Notes: generated by a model not told the origin, from the sequence alone. Positions 39,110 to 53,570 are shown, counted from the stretch's first letter. The stretch is DNA of 64,000 nt from Glaucostegus cemiculus (GCA_976551045.1 CDPCPM010000024.1:2728001-2792000), one strand, 5' to 3'. A program made the numbers and translations.

Positions 39110-40550
39110 AGCCGAATCAGCATCATAGGGATGTGCAGCACAGAAAATGTTCGAATGCACCACCGTGGCCTTAGCGATGTTTTTGCCAAAATACTTATCC
39201 GACAATGTTAGAACAGTATATGTCTGTGCCTTGCCTATATAATTGCTTCTCTGATTTTTTATTAAAGGCTTTGATTCTATCGGATTCTATCATCTCCTCT
39301 TATTGCGAATTGCAGATATCGACCACTCTCTGTATAAACTGAACCTTTCTCTTCAAATATGATTTTTAAACTCATTCCTCTCACCATAAACCTTTGTTCT
39401 TTTGTTTTAATACTCCTGCGATGTTAAGAAAAATGATTCTGACTATCTGTCCTATCTATGCTTCACATGATTTTATATATCTCAATCAGGTCATTTCCGA
39501 GGATCATTTACCCCAGGGAGAGCAAACCAGATTGAACCAATCTATCGCTATAACAAAATGTTCCAATGCTGAAAACGTCAAAGGAATACTGTTCGGCACC
39601 CTCTGCCCAACGCAACTAAACTCTTCCTGCAGCAATTTAATCAGAACTGCACAACATACTACATATTCTGCGTAACCTGTGTTGAGTAATGTTGCGACAT
39701 AACGTCCCAACTCTTACACTTGATGCCACGACCTACAAAAGCAAACATACTGTATGTCTTCTTTGCCATACGACTTACCGGTGTTGCTGCTTTCAGACCC
39801 TTCAGGTGTCCATGGAGTTGAAATCCAGGAAACACTGTTTATCACCTTTTCTGAGCAGCCAAACATTCGTTCTATATCAACCACATCTATTTGACTTGCA
39901 CAAAGTGCATGACTTCATGTTTATCATGATTAAACTCGACTTCTTCTGCTCTAATAAACTTTCTATGTGTTCGATATTCTGCCAAACGTCCTCCGTATGA
40001 CCAACAGCACCAATTTTACGCGTATTTGCAGATTTATTGATCATACATCCTGAATTCCTTCCAGGTACGTTATTAACCGCAAGCATTCCAACACCGATAA
40101 ATAAATCAATGTATTCCCCCTGTCAACAAGAATAACCAGCTCTCCTTGTGGCTTATGTCAACAGCCTACCATGCGGAAAGTTGTCAAAAGGCTTACAAAA
40201 GACAATAAAGGCAATTTATTGTCTTTTGTCTGCCTTTATCAATCTTCTGAGACACTTCAAAAACTCGAGCGAAGTAGTGAGACAGGAGTTCCCTTGCACT
40301 AATCGATCCTGATTATCATTATCAGCCGCTATCCTTCCAAATGTAAATGAATTACATTCCGTAAAATTCCCTCCGCCTATTGGCAACCGCTGACATAATC
40401 TCAGCGCTCTGTAATTAGTGCTTATCTCTGTTCCCAATCATAAATAAAGGAACAACATAAGTTATACTCCATTCTTGTTACACCACAGTTGTTACTAATG
40501 AATATTACCATCAGCACCCGAGCTATCTCCATCCTCCTTTCCCATTGCAA
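39110..40550 (-). mobile_element. Old degraded CR1 LINE in the 3' flank (paralogs ~49970-52050 and ~60070-61085)
   Basis: GNSCLTTSLEF and FDNFPHGRL-like remnants; same position in units D, E and F. Confidence 0.6.
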
Positions 40551-41989
40551 GCGGTGACGTTTCTCATGCAGTCAGATAAGCACATTTTTCGATCCCCTTT
40601 ATGCATCATACGATATGAAACTGCTCCCCGTAGAAGGAAGTACTAGAATTGTTGACGAAGATGAACGACGATCGTGTAGTGGGTTTGTTCTCAACTTATA
40701 TCGTGTTCTGCTAGCTGTGGACTGGAAAATCGCCTCATATTAGATGTCATTGTTGATGTCACCGTCTGAAATGGAGATTCGCACATAATGGTGGTGAGTG
40801 TGTACGGTTGAAACAAATTAGGATGAAATTCAGAATGTTTCTCTTTTGCGGGCAATGCAGGCACGCCGGATCTAATCTGCACAGAAAGCAATGATTAATC
40901 CGGGTTTCTGATGGATGAGGAAACGGCAAAGTGTGTAGGTACATCGAAAAGAAAGCAAAAAAAAAAAAAGAAGTATGAAATCAAGAACAACAGCAGCCGG
41001 TATATTCAGCTTGTCAGGTCGCATCGGTGGGAAAAAAAATCTGGTTTGACCGTTCAGCTCAGGGAAAAAAAAAAATCGAAGGTAAAATATGCTTTGAGTC
41101 ACAGAATGGGGGAGGATGGAAAAATATAATAATTGTCGATGATCGGGTGGACCAATTCGACAAAGATCCAGATGACATGGTTGTTCTATTGCATGGGAAA
41201 TGTGCAATCGTGGTCCATTAACGGAGGAAAGAGTGAACCAGCGTTACCGACTTCTCGTCAAAATCTCATTTCATCTTGCTTTTAAGAACTGTGAAATTCA
41301 CGCAATCATTTTGCCACCTCTACCTCTCCCAGGGTTCGCATCTTCCAACACGTTTCATTTCCCAGTTTTCAGTTGCTGATTAAGGATCGTTGGAGAGTGA
41401 CGGTCATAAGGTCATTCAGGTCAGATACAGGTTTCTCAGTTCTCCCTAATTGCAAAGCTACTCTGGCAATGCTAATTCCGTTATTCAAACCAAGTGAAAA
41501 TGCATCTGGATGTGGTAAAGGAATTCCAAATGTCGGAGTTCGAATTTACGCTTTTGGGATGCCAGAAGTTGTCAGATCATTGGTCCAGTCAAAACAAAGG
41601 CACGAGTAAACGTAAATGAAATAATTCCTGACATTGTTGCGAACTAAAATTGCAGACTAAAATTATAAAAACAATGAAGCTGAAATAATGTTTTAATCGA
41701 AAACAGTCTGGAAAGAAACGACTACATTTCGGAAAATAATACGGGTGAGTTCGGAGCATAGATGTATTGGACCTTGTTTCACGTTTCCTCTTATCATTTT
41801 ATACTTGCTCTATTCCCTGTACTCTCAGGGTTCTGATGCAGGGCTTTGACCCTAAATCTTTGACTCCCCACGCTGCTTGACCAGCAGAGTTATCTGTCAG
41901 CTTAATATTTGCTCCAATTTCTGGCACCTGCAATATTTTTGGTCGCTGTATGGTAAGTAGTTCTCTGAATGTTTCTTTTTCATGTTTCC

Positions 41990-42292
41990 TGAAGAACTAT
42001 TCGGTGCTTGAACCATCCGACATTCCCGAATCACCACAACAGTTTAGGATCGCTATGACTACTCTGACAACTTGGCATTAAAATAGATTTGTTGTTTTGT
42101 TCTAATTCAGTGTTTTTTCTTGTATCACATCAGTATAATTTCTGTTTAATTTATGTTTTCTTCTTGTCAATGTTGTTTATACGATCCTATGTGCCTGTGA
42201 TGCGGCTGTAAATAAGATTATCATGACACCGATGCATTTATGTATTTGTGCGTATGACAATAAATTCGTATTTGAATTTTGACTTTGATTTT
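41990..42292 (+). mobile_element. Rex1-like LINE 3' UTR fragment
   Basis: tatgtgcctgtgatgc.gctg...tatgacaataaa..ttgactttga tail; absent at the equivalent site in unit C. Confidence 0.55.
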
Positions 42293-43714
42293 GTAAATTC
42301 TTCGTCGGAAAATATTCAACAGGGAAACAAGCAGCACGTCGTGATTTCCCCGAACTCTCCCTATTACTGAGAAGGGATGTGTATTGATAGTAATATTGTC
42401 TGTAAGCAAAGAAAAATGAAGGGCAGGGATGTAGATTCGTACATTGCGACTGTCTGATCCTATAGAGGGTCTGTCCTTCAAAAATCAAGTTGAAGATTGC
42501 CAATGTATGGATGAACTGGAATCACTGACGGGGGAACGCGAGCATTTTCTGCAGTACACAGCTGTCATCATGGAAATGGATATGGGATTTAGGGTTCATC
42601 AGTTCTCAGCATAGCCGATTTGTGACATTGATGATTGTTTTCAAATAAGTTAACTTTGCTTCGTTAATTCCTATCGTTCTCAGCGGCGCCTGCAGCACGA
42701 CTACCTCATGGTTATCCATGGAATAGTGTCGGAAACAGCATTTACTCCGTAAGTAATGTTACCCACAAGTGCTCAAGAAGCTTGACTGTTCTGCTACGAG
42801 CCGTTAGCTACAATACCACTTACATCGTGTTTTAAAAGATCCCGAGTATTACAATAATCCAGCATTGTTCATTAACCTTTACTGACAATTGAAGACACCC
42901 GGAAAACTGAGAACCTTCTTCAATAAACTTTTCTCTTATCAATACAAAACCTGAGCTTCAATTCCTGACATCAACGCATTGGCAATATTGGGCAACAAAG
43001 AAGAAAAGTGTGGTTGAATATTGTGATACATTTTCCACCCTTCCTCCCACATCCTAACATTTAGAAATAAAAAAAAGACTGCACAGCAATTCTGCGTAGA
43101 GCTCAGACAGCTGAAGTAAAAGGCGTTTACTGAACATTAAATAACACACTATAGGTAGGAAAATATTTGAAATGTATGTCTTCTTGAAGTTATACTTAGA
43201 CGAATGCGGAGTGTTTTTCTGGACAATGGGTCAATCCCCTCCCTGCAATCGACTTAAAACCTACCAGTGCTGCAGTGAATATGTTGAATATGTCGAATTT
43301 ATTTTGGCGTGGAAAGAAAACACTTCCTGATAGTACATCATTCTGATAGTACATCATAGGCCATGACTCAGAACATCTAAATGGACGACCGCCTAGGGAA
43401 CAGTTTTGGCATCTGAGATGGCCAATATTTGACACTGAGTGTGTCTTGTAAATTATATCACTGAACTTTTATCTTGCGACTGCTGAGAAAGTGTGGATCC
43501 TTGCAATAATCTGGACGGCATTCTGACGATGTATTCGTCGCGTTATAACGTGATCAGGATGAATTCGCTGTCGTGGGGTTGATGAGAATATTTCTATTAC
43601 ATGCAGTTAAGAGTCATTGACCTGAATATGCGTGTTGTTTCTGTGAAAAAAATACGCTCCTCTACCTCGGCAGTGAGTTTGCTTCCTCCTCGACATACAG
43701 AAAGAACACTGAAA

Positions 43715-44290
43715 CAACTCAAACCGTTGAGCAGCAACCGTCGGAACAATGACTTTCAGTCGAGGTTTCGAAACGATACCACATCAGGGCGCACAGGGAA
43801 GAGGAAACATTGCAGGGCATTGTAGAACTTAGGGGCTGAGTGAAAAAACAGTGGTGGGGGTGACTGGTGGTGTCAGATGATGTGACGGTTGATGGTTAGA
43901 TGGAACCCCGTTGGTAAATGCTGGGACAAGGACCGGATTACTGTGGTATGATGGGGAGAAGGAACAAAGAGGAGAGTTGAACAACGAAAGAATAAAACTT
44001 GGTGGTTAAACAAGTGTGGTGGAGAAAAGCACGGGGAAATTGAGATATTCAATGTTTTTGTTAACATTCGGATGAAAGCCACCAAATTGGAATGTGCAAT
44101 GATGCTCTTTCGATCTGGTCTTTGGCCTCTCCGTAGCAATGTAGAAGGCCGTGGACAGGCATCTAGGTGTGAGAGCAGTGTTGAAAATACATGTAAACGG
44201 AAGCTCAAGATGGCCCTTGCCTACAGAGTGTTGGAACTCCACAAAACGGTCGCGATATCTACCCTTCATTTCACCAAAGTAGCCAAGGTT
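43715..44290 (-). mobile_element. Penelope-like fragment
   Basis: SKEHHCTFQFGGFHPNVNKNIEYLNF resembles the EEQHLIFRLG.LQP.G.N.EFSNF GIY-YIG C-terminus. Confidence 0.6.
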
Positions 44291-44839
44291 ATATCAATGT
44301 ACTATACCAGATTGAACAGGTTAAACGGCATGTTGGTGATATTATCGTTCCGCTGTTCATCTGATATGAAATACAATTGAATTCACTGCCTATCTAATCA
44401 AACAATGCAGATTGTCTTTATTATGTCATGCAATTATTGATTTAGGTCTGAGTGCAATTCAAGGGATCAAATGCTCATCGACAGATCTCTCTACATATTT
44501 TTGTTCTGCTGTGCATGACTTTCCTGGAAAGTTATCATACTGCATCAAAGTCTCAGAATATTTGTTTGATTTACTTATCCCATGTGTAGCTGCAGATTAT
44601 AATATTTAAATTTTACATAACGGAAAAGAAAGAAGATGCAGAATGGATTCCGGCGAAAATCACCAACAAAGCGTTCATTCAACAGAAACGGCATGTATTC
44701 CATCGAACATTTCTCAAAGACTACTGCAATAAATATTATGGCTTTTGTCTGTTGATTCGTTTGTTGAAAACGTTAAATGCTGAAACATCGGTATGCAGTT
44801 TATCATTTGAAGCGTGATCAGATTCACAACGAAAACACA

Positions 44840-44993
44840 ACCTAATTATTGAAATCATGAGACTGAATCATTCCAGCCATCTTGCCTGCTGATTCTACCA
44901 TGGGGATTTCTGTGAGATAGAAATAGCAGCTTAATGTGATATCAAAAGATCCGTGTTGCTGTTCAACTATCTGGAAACGTTGTTTCCCTTTCT
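44840..44993 (+). promoter_or_regulatory. Promoter and 5' UTR remnant of copy E
   Basis: CTAATTA at ~44842, GACTGAATCATTCC at 44861, ACCATGGGGA at 44897, TAGAAATA at 44918; 5' UTR matches copy G up to the expected ATG position. Confidence 0.7.
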
Positions 44994-45903
44994 TGTGGTT
45001 TTCCGAGATTCAGTTGACCAGGAGACACAGAACATTCTTCAAGAAGTTAAACTTTTATTTGCAAACAAAAGTTGTGACCGTCAAAGAAAACAGATACTGA
45101 GCACGCTCAGGCTGCCCTCAGACTGCTTCCGAGCATGGCTCACGGGGCTTTTTTATACCTTTTTCATTGCTCAATTACATTATCCCAATCAATCATTTTC
45201 CCTCTTATCTTCACAGTTCTCATCCTTCAAACATTTGTATCCCGTGCAGCTGGTTTTCTGTCTCAGTCATTGGGAGCCCCAGTTATCTATGGGCCTTGAG
45301 CGCATGGTACTAGGTTTATTAGTTTGCAACAACAAACAATAAAAAATGCTATTGCTACATGTTATTAGTTATCAAGTTATGCCACTATCACCCATGAGCT
45401 CTAAAACTTCACTAGCACCTGGCAAAACCATTAGCTACAAGAAGCTATTGTCAAAGCATCCGTCGCGCTTCGCAATAAAGACCATTTGCTGCAGAATGTG
45501 CCCACAGTGTCTTCCTAGGAATGTGTTGATCATCTATTTAATGAAGTTTACAAAAGGCCAAATGTTATACTTTCCTCCTTAAGATCTGTTGGCCATTTGT
45601 TTAATAAGCTGCATATTTCTGCACCGGGTTTCCAGCGCTAGGGCTGAAGAAGAACAGCAGCCATCTTAGGAGGACCAGCGGCCATCTTAGACACGTAACA
45701 AATAATGAATAAACACGAGTACAGCCTCCATTTTCTAATCTAAATATTCTATACCTTACATTTTGGAACAGCCTGTAATCCTGCAGAGGGAAAGTATTTA
45801 TCATCCTCTTCTTGTAACAGTTGGAGTTCCAGATAAGACACTCAAAGAATGGCATTGCAATTAAATGTTGATGTGCTTTCCTCGCCGGCATGAATACACC
45901 ACA
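44994..45903. mobile_element. LTR-like insertion replacing exon 1 of copy E
   Basis: TGTGGT...ACCACA inverted termini, no TSD. Left flank is the 5' UTR; right flank is intron sequence homologous to 56220 onward in copy F. Confidence 0.55.
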
Positions 45904-48471
45904 GCCAAACTATGTGAAAATGATTTGTTTTATTTCACGTTATTAACGCAAACACCTCACTGATATAAAATTTTAAAAAAAGTCTGAATGGTTTTCTTCA
46001 ATGATGTACCTGAATGGCAATATTTTGAAGGCATAATTTGCACACGACTTTAAGCAATAATGCTAATAATATTAGAACTTGTCTCAGGAGGGAAAATATA
46101 CATTTGTTTCATTCCACACAGCCCACTGAAAGACGCCCTTCCACTTGATCGAAAACAGGCTGCTTCAGCCATGGCAGAATGCACGGTTCAAAGACAGTTC
46201 TCTTGTAAAATGCAAAGGTTCCTGATTTTCCGTTTTGATTCTACGCACCAGATTTTCCAAGAGATTCGGGACACAAAGGAACAATAAATTACGATGCCAT
46301 ACAGTCTAGGTTACTTGGCGCCAAAGATCATTTAAAAAAATCAAATTTAGAATTCATTGTTGAAACAAAAAAGATGTAAAGTCGTTTTCACGGATGCTAT
46401 CCGGATCACCGACCAAAATGTGCGGACGATACAGCCGAATCCATCACAATATATGCAAGCGGCAGTCTCTTTCTGACCGAAAAATTGTCTGTCAGTAGTA
46501 CCGAATGGAATGCGTGGTTTACTTTAATGCTTGGTACATTTGGCATTAAGTGCGCAGTGAAAGTCAAAATATTCTCTTGGCAATGACTTGTACCTATTCG
46601 TTGATGAACCACGATTTATTTTCAGAATAATTCTTAATTTTAGTCTTTTTTAAAGATGTGAAATGTTTTATGCAACAAAAGACATGAAAATATGACGTTG
46701 GAATTAGCCAATGAGCAAGACTTCCTGAGATTTATAGCACTTACGTATCCAAAAAATTGAATTTGTAATTTTGCCAGATATTTAGGAGAAAGTTAGCGCT
46801 ATTGTTCCCCATCGTTTTTTGGAGGGCTGATGATTTACATGTCGCGGATGTGTTGAGCCACACACGTTTTGGAAGGTGGGCAGGGCGGAGAGACAGGGTT
46901 GCCAGAGATACCGCTGTTTGAGTCGACATATTTAAAGATATGGCTTGGAAGAAATCCGAAGTGTATCAGGAAATGGAAAGACATTGAGCCTAAACACAGC
47001 GAAAGGAACCGATGTTTCTATACGCATGATGTTGCATATCATTCAGTTTTCGCGTTGACGCGGTAGCTGGTCTTGCTCAGCTGATGGCTCCACCTATTTT
47101 CTAACCAGCATATTACATTTACAGCAGCCAGTGCTCGATACATTTTATTATGTTACATTATTATTTTGAAGATGCATGTGTACTTACACTCTATGTTGAT
47201 TGTAAGACGGAATGGGCAGCTCTTCTTATAGCAAAAGGCCACCGCTATTTTCCGAAGCAGGATGTTAGACCTCCCTTCCTGAGGTTTAGTTTTCCACGTG
47301 CTTTCACTTCGCTTTGTACAATGGCCGATGAAATCATGCATTCAAAGCATTGTTACCGGCATTTCTTCAGCAGGGAACGAGGACGCAGCAGTTAGCGTCG
47401 CGCATAAGGGGTATACACTTGGTACGTCCTGATTCAGTTTGATTTGAGCCATTAACTCATTGAAATTTTGTGACCATGGACATCGATCGTGCTGGGCAGA
47501 GTGATTGATCTGGATCCAACAGTCTATTTTCCACTGTTGACAATATTCCAACATTTCAAAACACCCGCCCTTCTACGTTGAAAGCGGAATTATCAGGGGA
47601 GCTTAAGGTATGATGGCAGAATGCCTACAGTTTATCTCCCTGTTCATTGGTGCAATGACCTGTTGAAGAGTACGCATGAACATAATTAGCATCGGGTTAT
47701 CAAATTTATTCCGGAGTAACAGTCATCGAAATGTCAAAAGCGTCATTTCAAAAGTGATAGTCGACCCGGCAGGGGAAGGAAAAGTTTATATTTTCATTTT
47801 CAGGAAATTTTCATTATTTGTCAGGAAGTTCATATTTTTTAAGTAAACTGATTTATTTGGAGATGGCCATACTCTATCTGTGGACTTAGAAAACACATTG
47901 GATTCGTTTTTGCTTGCCTACGGCCACCAGAGATATTAAAAAGCAATGGTAAAAGTCGAACAACATCGAGTTGCCAAAGGTTGTTGGACTTACAAGAAGG
48001 ATGGGCTGAGAATATACCCCGTGATACCGAATCGTCATGTGCATTAATCCAGTCTGCAGTTTCTCCATTGGACGTGGAAAATCTACTGCTGGCCCACCAA
48101 CTCGGATTTGTCGGCGTGGACGTGCTGTCCATGGGTAGTGATACTGGAGAGCGTACGATCTTCAAATGCAAACGTTCTCATTACTAAAGCAAAGCAAATT
48201 ATAGCAACTGTAGAGATAACCAAAAATTAGACAATATTTCATAGACAGGATATTTTAACGCAAATTGCACCGCCATTTCAAAAGAATCCTCTGGGTCCAA
48301 TTAGAATAAGTGAAGCACGTTTTCATAATCATTGTTTTCTAATTCTAAAGTTAATTCCGAAGTATTATCAGAAAAAAAAGTGTATATAAACAACAAATCG
48401 CAAGAAAGGGGAGGTCTATTTCACTGGTTATTTTTCGTTTTTGATATTATTTCCTCTTTCCACGTTTGTAG

Positions 48472-48612
48472 CAAATTTGGCCGCAAATTTTATCCGTTCC
48501 TCAGGAGAGTGAGGTCTCTCTACATACGTAATTCAATATCTTATATCAATGGCAGCAGCAGATCTCATGGTGCGGTTTTTAAATATAATTTTGCATGTTT
48601 TTAAGGAGGCTA
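48472..48612 (+). pseudogene. GPR139-like GPCR copy E, 5' remnant of exon 2
   Basis: ttgtag|CA AAT TTG; ANLAANFIRSSGE*GLSTYVIQYLISMAAADLMVRFLNIILHVFKEA, then a jump to 3'-flank homology (cf. 58775), implying a ~1-kb deletion. Confidence 0.85.
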
Positions 48613-50559
48613 CCTGAAATACTTCTGTTCGATTATCTTTCATTGGGGCTGAAAAAATGTTCAAGTCAATATGTTGTGGTTATCGTAAAATCTGGAGGGT
48701 AGAGAGACAAAAATGCATGTATTCTGACAGACACCAAGATTGAGGGAATATACAAATTATGCTGCTGTCAACTGATGGCGGCCTTTCAGGCTTGTTAACC
48801 CCACTTAAAATCACCGGAGAAGATGGATAGAGAAGGTGCAGAAAATTCAGAGCGAGCAAATCACATGGAACTATAGTTCCAGAAACACACACACACACAT
48901 AAAACGGAATGAATTGCTAAAACACCTAGCAGGTTTGGTAGCATCAGTGTTGAGAGAAAACAAAGCTAATGGTGGAGGTTGATGACTTATTATCGGAATT
49001 TGTCAGTTCTGATGAAAAGAATAAAATCTCGTTGTCGAATATTGTCCAATTCTATACCCTTATGGACCTAAACTGCCATGAGTCAAAATGCCGTTCGGTC
49101 AGAGCAGGTGAGGCAGTTGGACAGGCTACTTTACATTCGGCATTTCTCCTGCGAAGTGAACATTCGTTTTCCCAAATATCATCATACTGGTTAGCCGTTG
49201 TGTATTTGGACATGCTTCCATCACGGAGAAGACGACATGTTTAGCAATGAGTGCAGTGTACGAAGTTGTAATTATGACTTCATTCCTGTTGAGTCCAGAT
49301 ATGTTTCCATTTGGAAGACGATATGCCATCTAAGTTGTAATAAGGTGCAATGTCTTGCAGGGTTGAGTCTAGAGGGGCCCAGAAAAGGCGGGTGGTTGTT
49401 GTAGATCGAAGAGTGAAGCTGAGAAAATAAACTGTTCAGGGAGAGAATGAGATGTGACATAATGACATCACTTCCGTTCAGTGTGCGGTTGATGATGTAA
49501 AGGCTGAAACAAGGGAACCGCTTTTGCATTCTGGATTTGGCAAATACTGGTTGACGTAGAAATGAGGGATATTGTACAGGCACGTTTCTGAAGCCAGTCA
49601 TCTCTTGACCAAACGAAGCCATGATGATGAAAAAGGGAAGTAATCTGGAAAACATTCGTACGGAATATTTCATCGTCAGAACAGATGTGCAGAAATTCAA
49701 GACGGGGGAATGGAATGAATTACTTATTGGAAACAGGAAAAGATTACATTCGCGATATCTATGAGGACTTACATCCTGTTATTTGAGGTGGAACTAGAGA
49801 AGTCGAAGAAGGGCAATGAAGAGTCAAGCGATGGCCTCGTGAATGCAGTTCACGAACGGGCAAAAATAGTACCGGAATTGTAGAAAGGTAAGATTCAACG
49901 TGAGATCATGAAGCAACAGGAATGCAGTTATTGGGCTCAAAATAAAATCCTAATAGCGGAAACTCGAATTGGAATCATGGAGATGCGCAGCAACGATAAT
50001 TTGCCTTCCGTCAACCTCGCCCACAATCACTTTTTGCCTATTTATATTAATCCTATCTGATAGCATCTGAACAATACCCTCCATGCTTTGACTATAGAAA
50101 TCTTCTATTGCACGTTCTGATTGTAGCAGATTTTATATCCTCCACTGTAAGCGAGTATCAGATCTTTACGACTCTTGGTATTAACTAAAACTTCTTTTTC
50201 AAATCGATAGTAAATCTCTTTCATATCGCTATATAGCTATGTCCTTTTGTTTTAGGACCCAATGCATTGGGGAAGATAAAAAAGCAGATTATTTGTGCTA
50301 TCTGAGCCTCTCATGATTTTATATTTTTTCCTCAGTCATCCTTGCACCTCCTTTGGTCCAGGGTATGCATACCAAATCCATCTAATCTCGCGGCATAAAA
50401 ACCTGCTGCAATGCCCGCAAATTCCTGGTAAATCTAGCCTGCAAGCAGAATTATTTTTCAACCAGAAATCCACACATTACTCAAAGTGTGGTGTAAACAG
50501 CAGCAGCAGCGTTGCCACTTTGTGCGGTGGCTGATAAGAGCAAACCTGTCCTCCCCACC

Positions 50560-51215
50560 TTCGGCACATTCTAAAGGGTACCATTGAGAGTGTCCTGACG
50601 AGCTTTATCTCTGCCTAGTACGACAACTGTAACATCTCTGATCGTAAGACATTGCAGAGAATTACGAGTAAAGCTGGAAAGATCATTGGGGTACTTCTTT
50701 CCTCCATCCTGGAGATTTGCAAGACACGATGCATACGCAAGGCCTGCAGAATCATAGATGACGTCTCTCATCCCTCCCACGACCCTTCTTCCCACTGCCC
50801 TCTGGCAAACGGTCCCGAAGTATCAGGACCAGAACTACGACATTGCACAAGCTTTTTTTTTCCGTCAGGCTTTCAGGCTCCTCAATAACCTATGGCATCA
50901 AAAGCCTCGGTTTGCACAATGGCGAATAAGAACTTTGACTGCTGCTGAACATGTTTATACAATTAGTACAGCAAACTGAACTTTGTATTTTTCTTCTTCC
51001 AACTCGGTTTGCCACTAACTCTGCAGTAAATTTGTGGTTTGTATGTAGCTTTTCTTTGCACTATTTGTATTTGCACATTTTTTTTGTTTGCGTTTATTGT
51101 ATGCCTTCTGTTCTATGTATGTCCTCTGCTGTATGAGTCTAGGAAAAAGGATATTTCATTCCGACACGTGTTTTTATAGCATGAATGAATGACAATGAAG
51201 TAACTTGAACTTGAA
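50560..51215 (+). mobile_element. Rex1/Babar-like LINE 3' fragment nested in an old CR1
   Basis: LQRITSKAGKIIGVLLSSILEICKTRCIRKACRIIDDVSHPSH motif; (cttgaa)n tail at ~51204. Confidence 0.8.
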
Positions 51216-53134
51216 CAGTGTTTTGTAAAAATGCAGCTATTACATTTTATGCCACGGCATATGAAGGCACACAGACCATACGCCTTCGTCATTAGTCTGT
51301 ATAGCCATATTCCGTTTGCCTAGCCTTTCGGAATCTGTCGAATTCACGCCGAAGAAACCCCGTTATCAACATTGCTGAGCGGCCGGCCATTCATTCCATC
51401 TGTCCCACAACAGGTTGCATTCAAAAGTTCATCATTTCACGCCAGTCGGGGCAGATGCCACTTGCCACCTTTGAGTTTAACTTGCCATCTGCTTTATAGT
51501 CTGCCAAGCATCCTCGTTATTCACCATATCACCAACGTTCCGGCCACCGACAAACTTACTGATCACACCCAATGAATTTACTTAAAATTTACATCACAAA
51601 CAACAAGGATTCCATCGCTGCAGTACAACACTCGTCCTAGAATTCCCATAAATATATTCAGCCCTGCATTCGGACGCCTTTCTACCTCTCATCAAAATGA
51701 AGAATTTCGCCTTGTGAATTAGCTTTCTGAAGCAGCCTATTGTGCAGAAACTGAATAAATACCTTTTGTAAGTCCACGTGGAAAGCGTTGTCCACTCTGC
51801 TTTCATCAATCGTCTTAGAAACCTAAAAAAGGAAGCTAAACAGTAATTAAGATTCTTTATTTACCCGAGTCCGTGCTTTCTATCTCTGATCAGCCTCTTA
51901 CATCGCAAATGAAAATAAACCTACCCCGCAGAATTTCCTACAATCCATTCCCACCACTGACCTAAGTCTTGACGGTCTTTTGTCACTGCTTTTCCCTGCA
52001 GCCCTTCCTAAAAGAGGAACGACATATCTTTAGTTTCCATTCTCCTTTCTCCTCAAGCTTGACGAAGGATTTTTTTTTTTTTTGTAATAGGGATTGTGAT
52101 TTAGTAAACGTCTCTTTCTTATGCAATCGAGGGAAGTCGGATCTGATCTGCTTCGGAAAGAATGGGTTGTTCAGGATTCTGATGGATAAGTTCAAAATGA
52201 GGAAGAATATAGATATATTTAAAGAAACAAAACAATGAAATGTGAAATTCGAAACAAGCTGCTGGGATTCTCAACTGCTTAGGTAACATTCGTGCTGGGA
52301 CAAACAGATATGTGAGTGTTCAGCTCAGCCAACAATTCTCGGAACCGGAAAATACTACTTTCACCGGACAGGGGAGGTTGGAAAAAAAACAAAGGAAACG
52401 TCTGTGATCGGACGGGTACCAGGTTATAGGATTTTAGGTGGAATTTCAGCTGCAAATCAAATGACAGCTACACTCGAATGCAACTGCAACGACTAAAAGA
52501 AGCAGTGATTAAACACATTGAACACGTTCAATTGCTTTTGACATTGCGAAAACAAAACGGCTGGGTTTTTTTTGTGCATGCTTATAGCTCCATCGTCCAT
52601 GCCTTTGAATATTGGAATGGCCGGCTGCCCAGGGAACAGTTTTGGTATCTAAGATGGCCGACATTTAACACTGAGCATGTTTTATGAACTATATCACTGC
52701 ATGTGCATGTTGCATCTGCTGCGTAAGAATGGATCCTTGCGGTAATATGGGCAATATTTTGACCATGCGTTTCTCGCACATTATCACATAATTAAGATGC
52801 AGACTATTCTGTTGCGATGGTAAAGATATTCGGATTGAAGCTAATTATACTTATTAATCAAGAGATTGTTGGAACTATTTCTTTTATATATATCATACTT
52901 GATTGCTTTTTTTAATGATTACACCTGATTGTTACCTGATATCTCTGTAATACATGTGTAAATATTGTTGTTATATATATTAACCTGTATTGATTTGTTA
53001 TCAATAAAATGATTGAAAAAGAAAGAAAGAAGCTCGTTTGGAGTGATTGAAATGAACATGAATAATGTTTCTGTGAATACGTAGGCTCCTCCATTTGGTC
53101 GGGCGTGCCAGCTCTCACTTCACAGAAAGAGAAA

Positions 53135-53570
53135 AAGCTGGATGTACTCAACGGGTCAAGAGCAACTGTGTGTCGACGTTTCGGGCCTATTTCCTGCATC
53201 AAGACTGAGAGGTATAAGGAAAGATTGTTTGTACAATGTAGTATTTAGGGGTTTGGTTAGGGACAAGGACTGACATGTGACTGATGGAGGCAGATGGTGA
53301 ATGTCGTGATGGTCAGATGGAACGGGGTTTGCAAGGGATGGGACAGATACTGGCATGTGAAAGGTGGAACCAGGTTGTGAGGAGATAATGGGCAAAATTA
53401 ACCGGTTAGGAGAAAATATGAGGAATGAACAAATGGAGAATAAAATCTGGTATAGAGAAAAGTACGTGGACGCAGAACACCTTGGCATTACAAAAAAACA
53501 CAATGCTTTTAACTTCAAGGTACCCGATAAGAATGTGCACTTCTGTTCTTCCAATCTCGGTGTGAATCTG
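53135..53570 (-). mobile_element. Penelope-like fragment with hammerhead-like motif
   Basis: LEEQKCTFLSGTLKL remnant; minus strand ttgatgcaggaaataggcccgaaacgtcgac. Confidence 0.65.

Noticed and set aside
43350-43670. Upstream repeated block as a coding remnant (e.g. VWILAIIWTAF)
   Set aside because: Stops occur in the frames I translated, some shared between paralogous copies, and I recognise no protein family; treated as non-coding.
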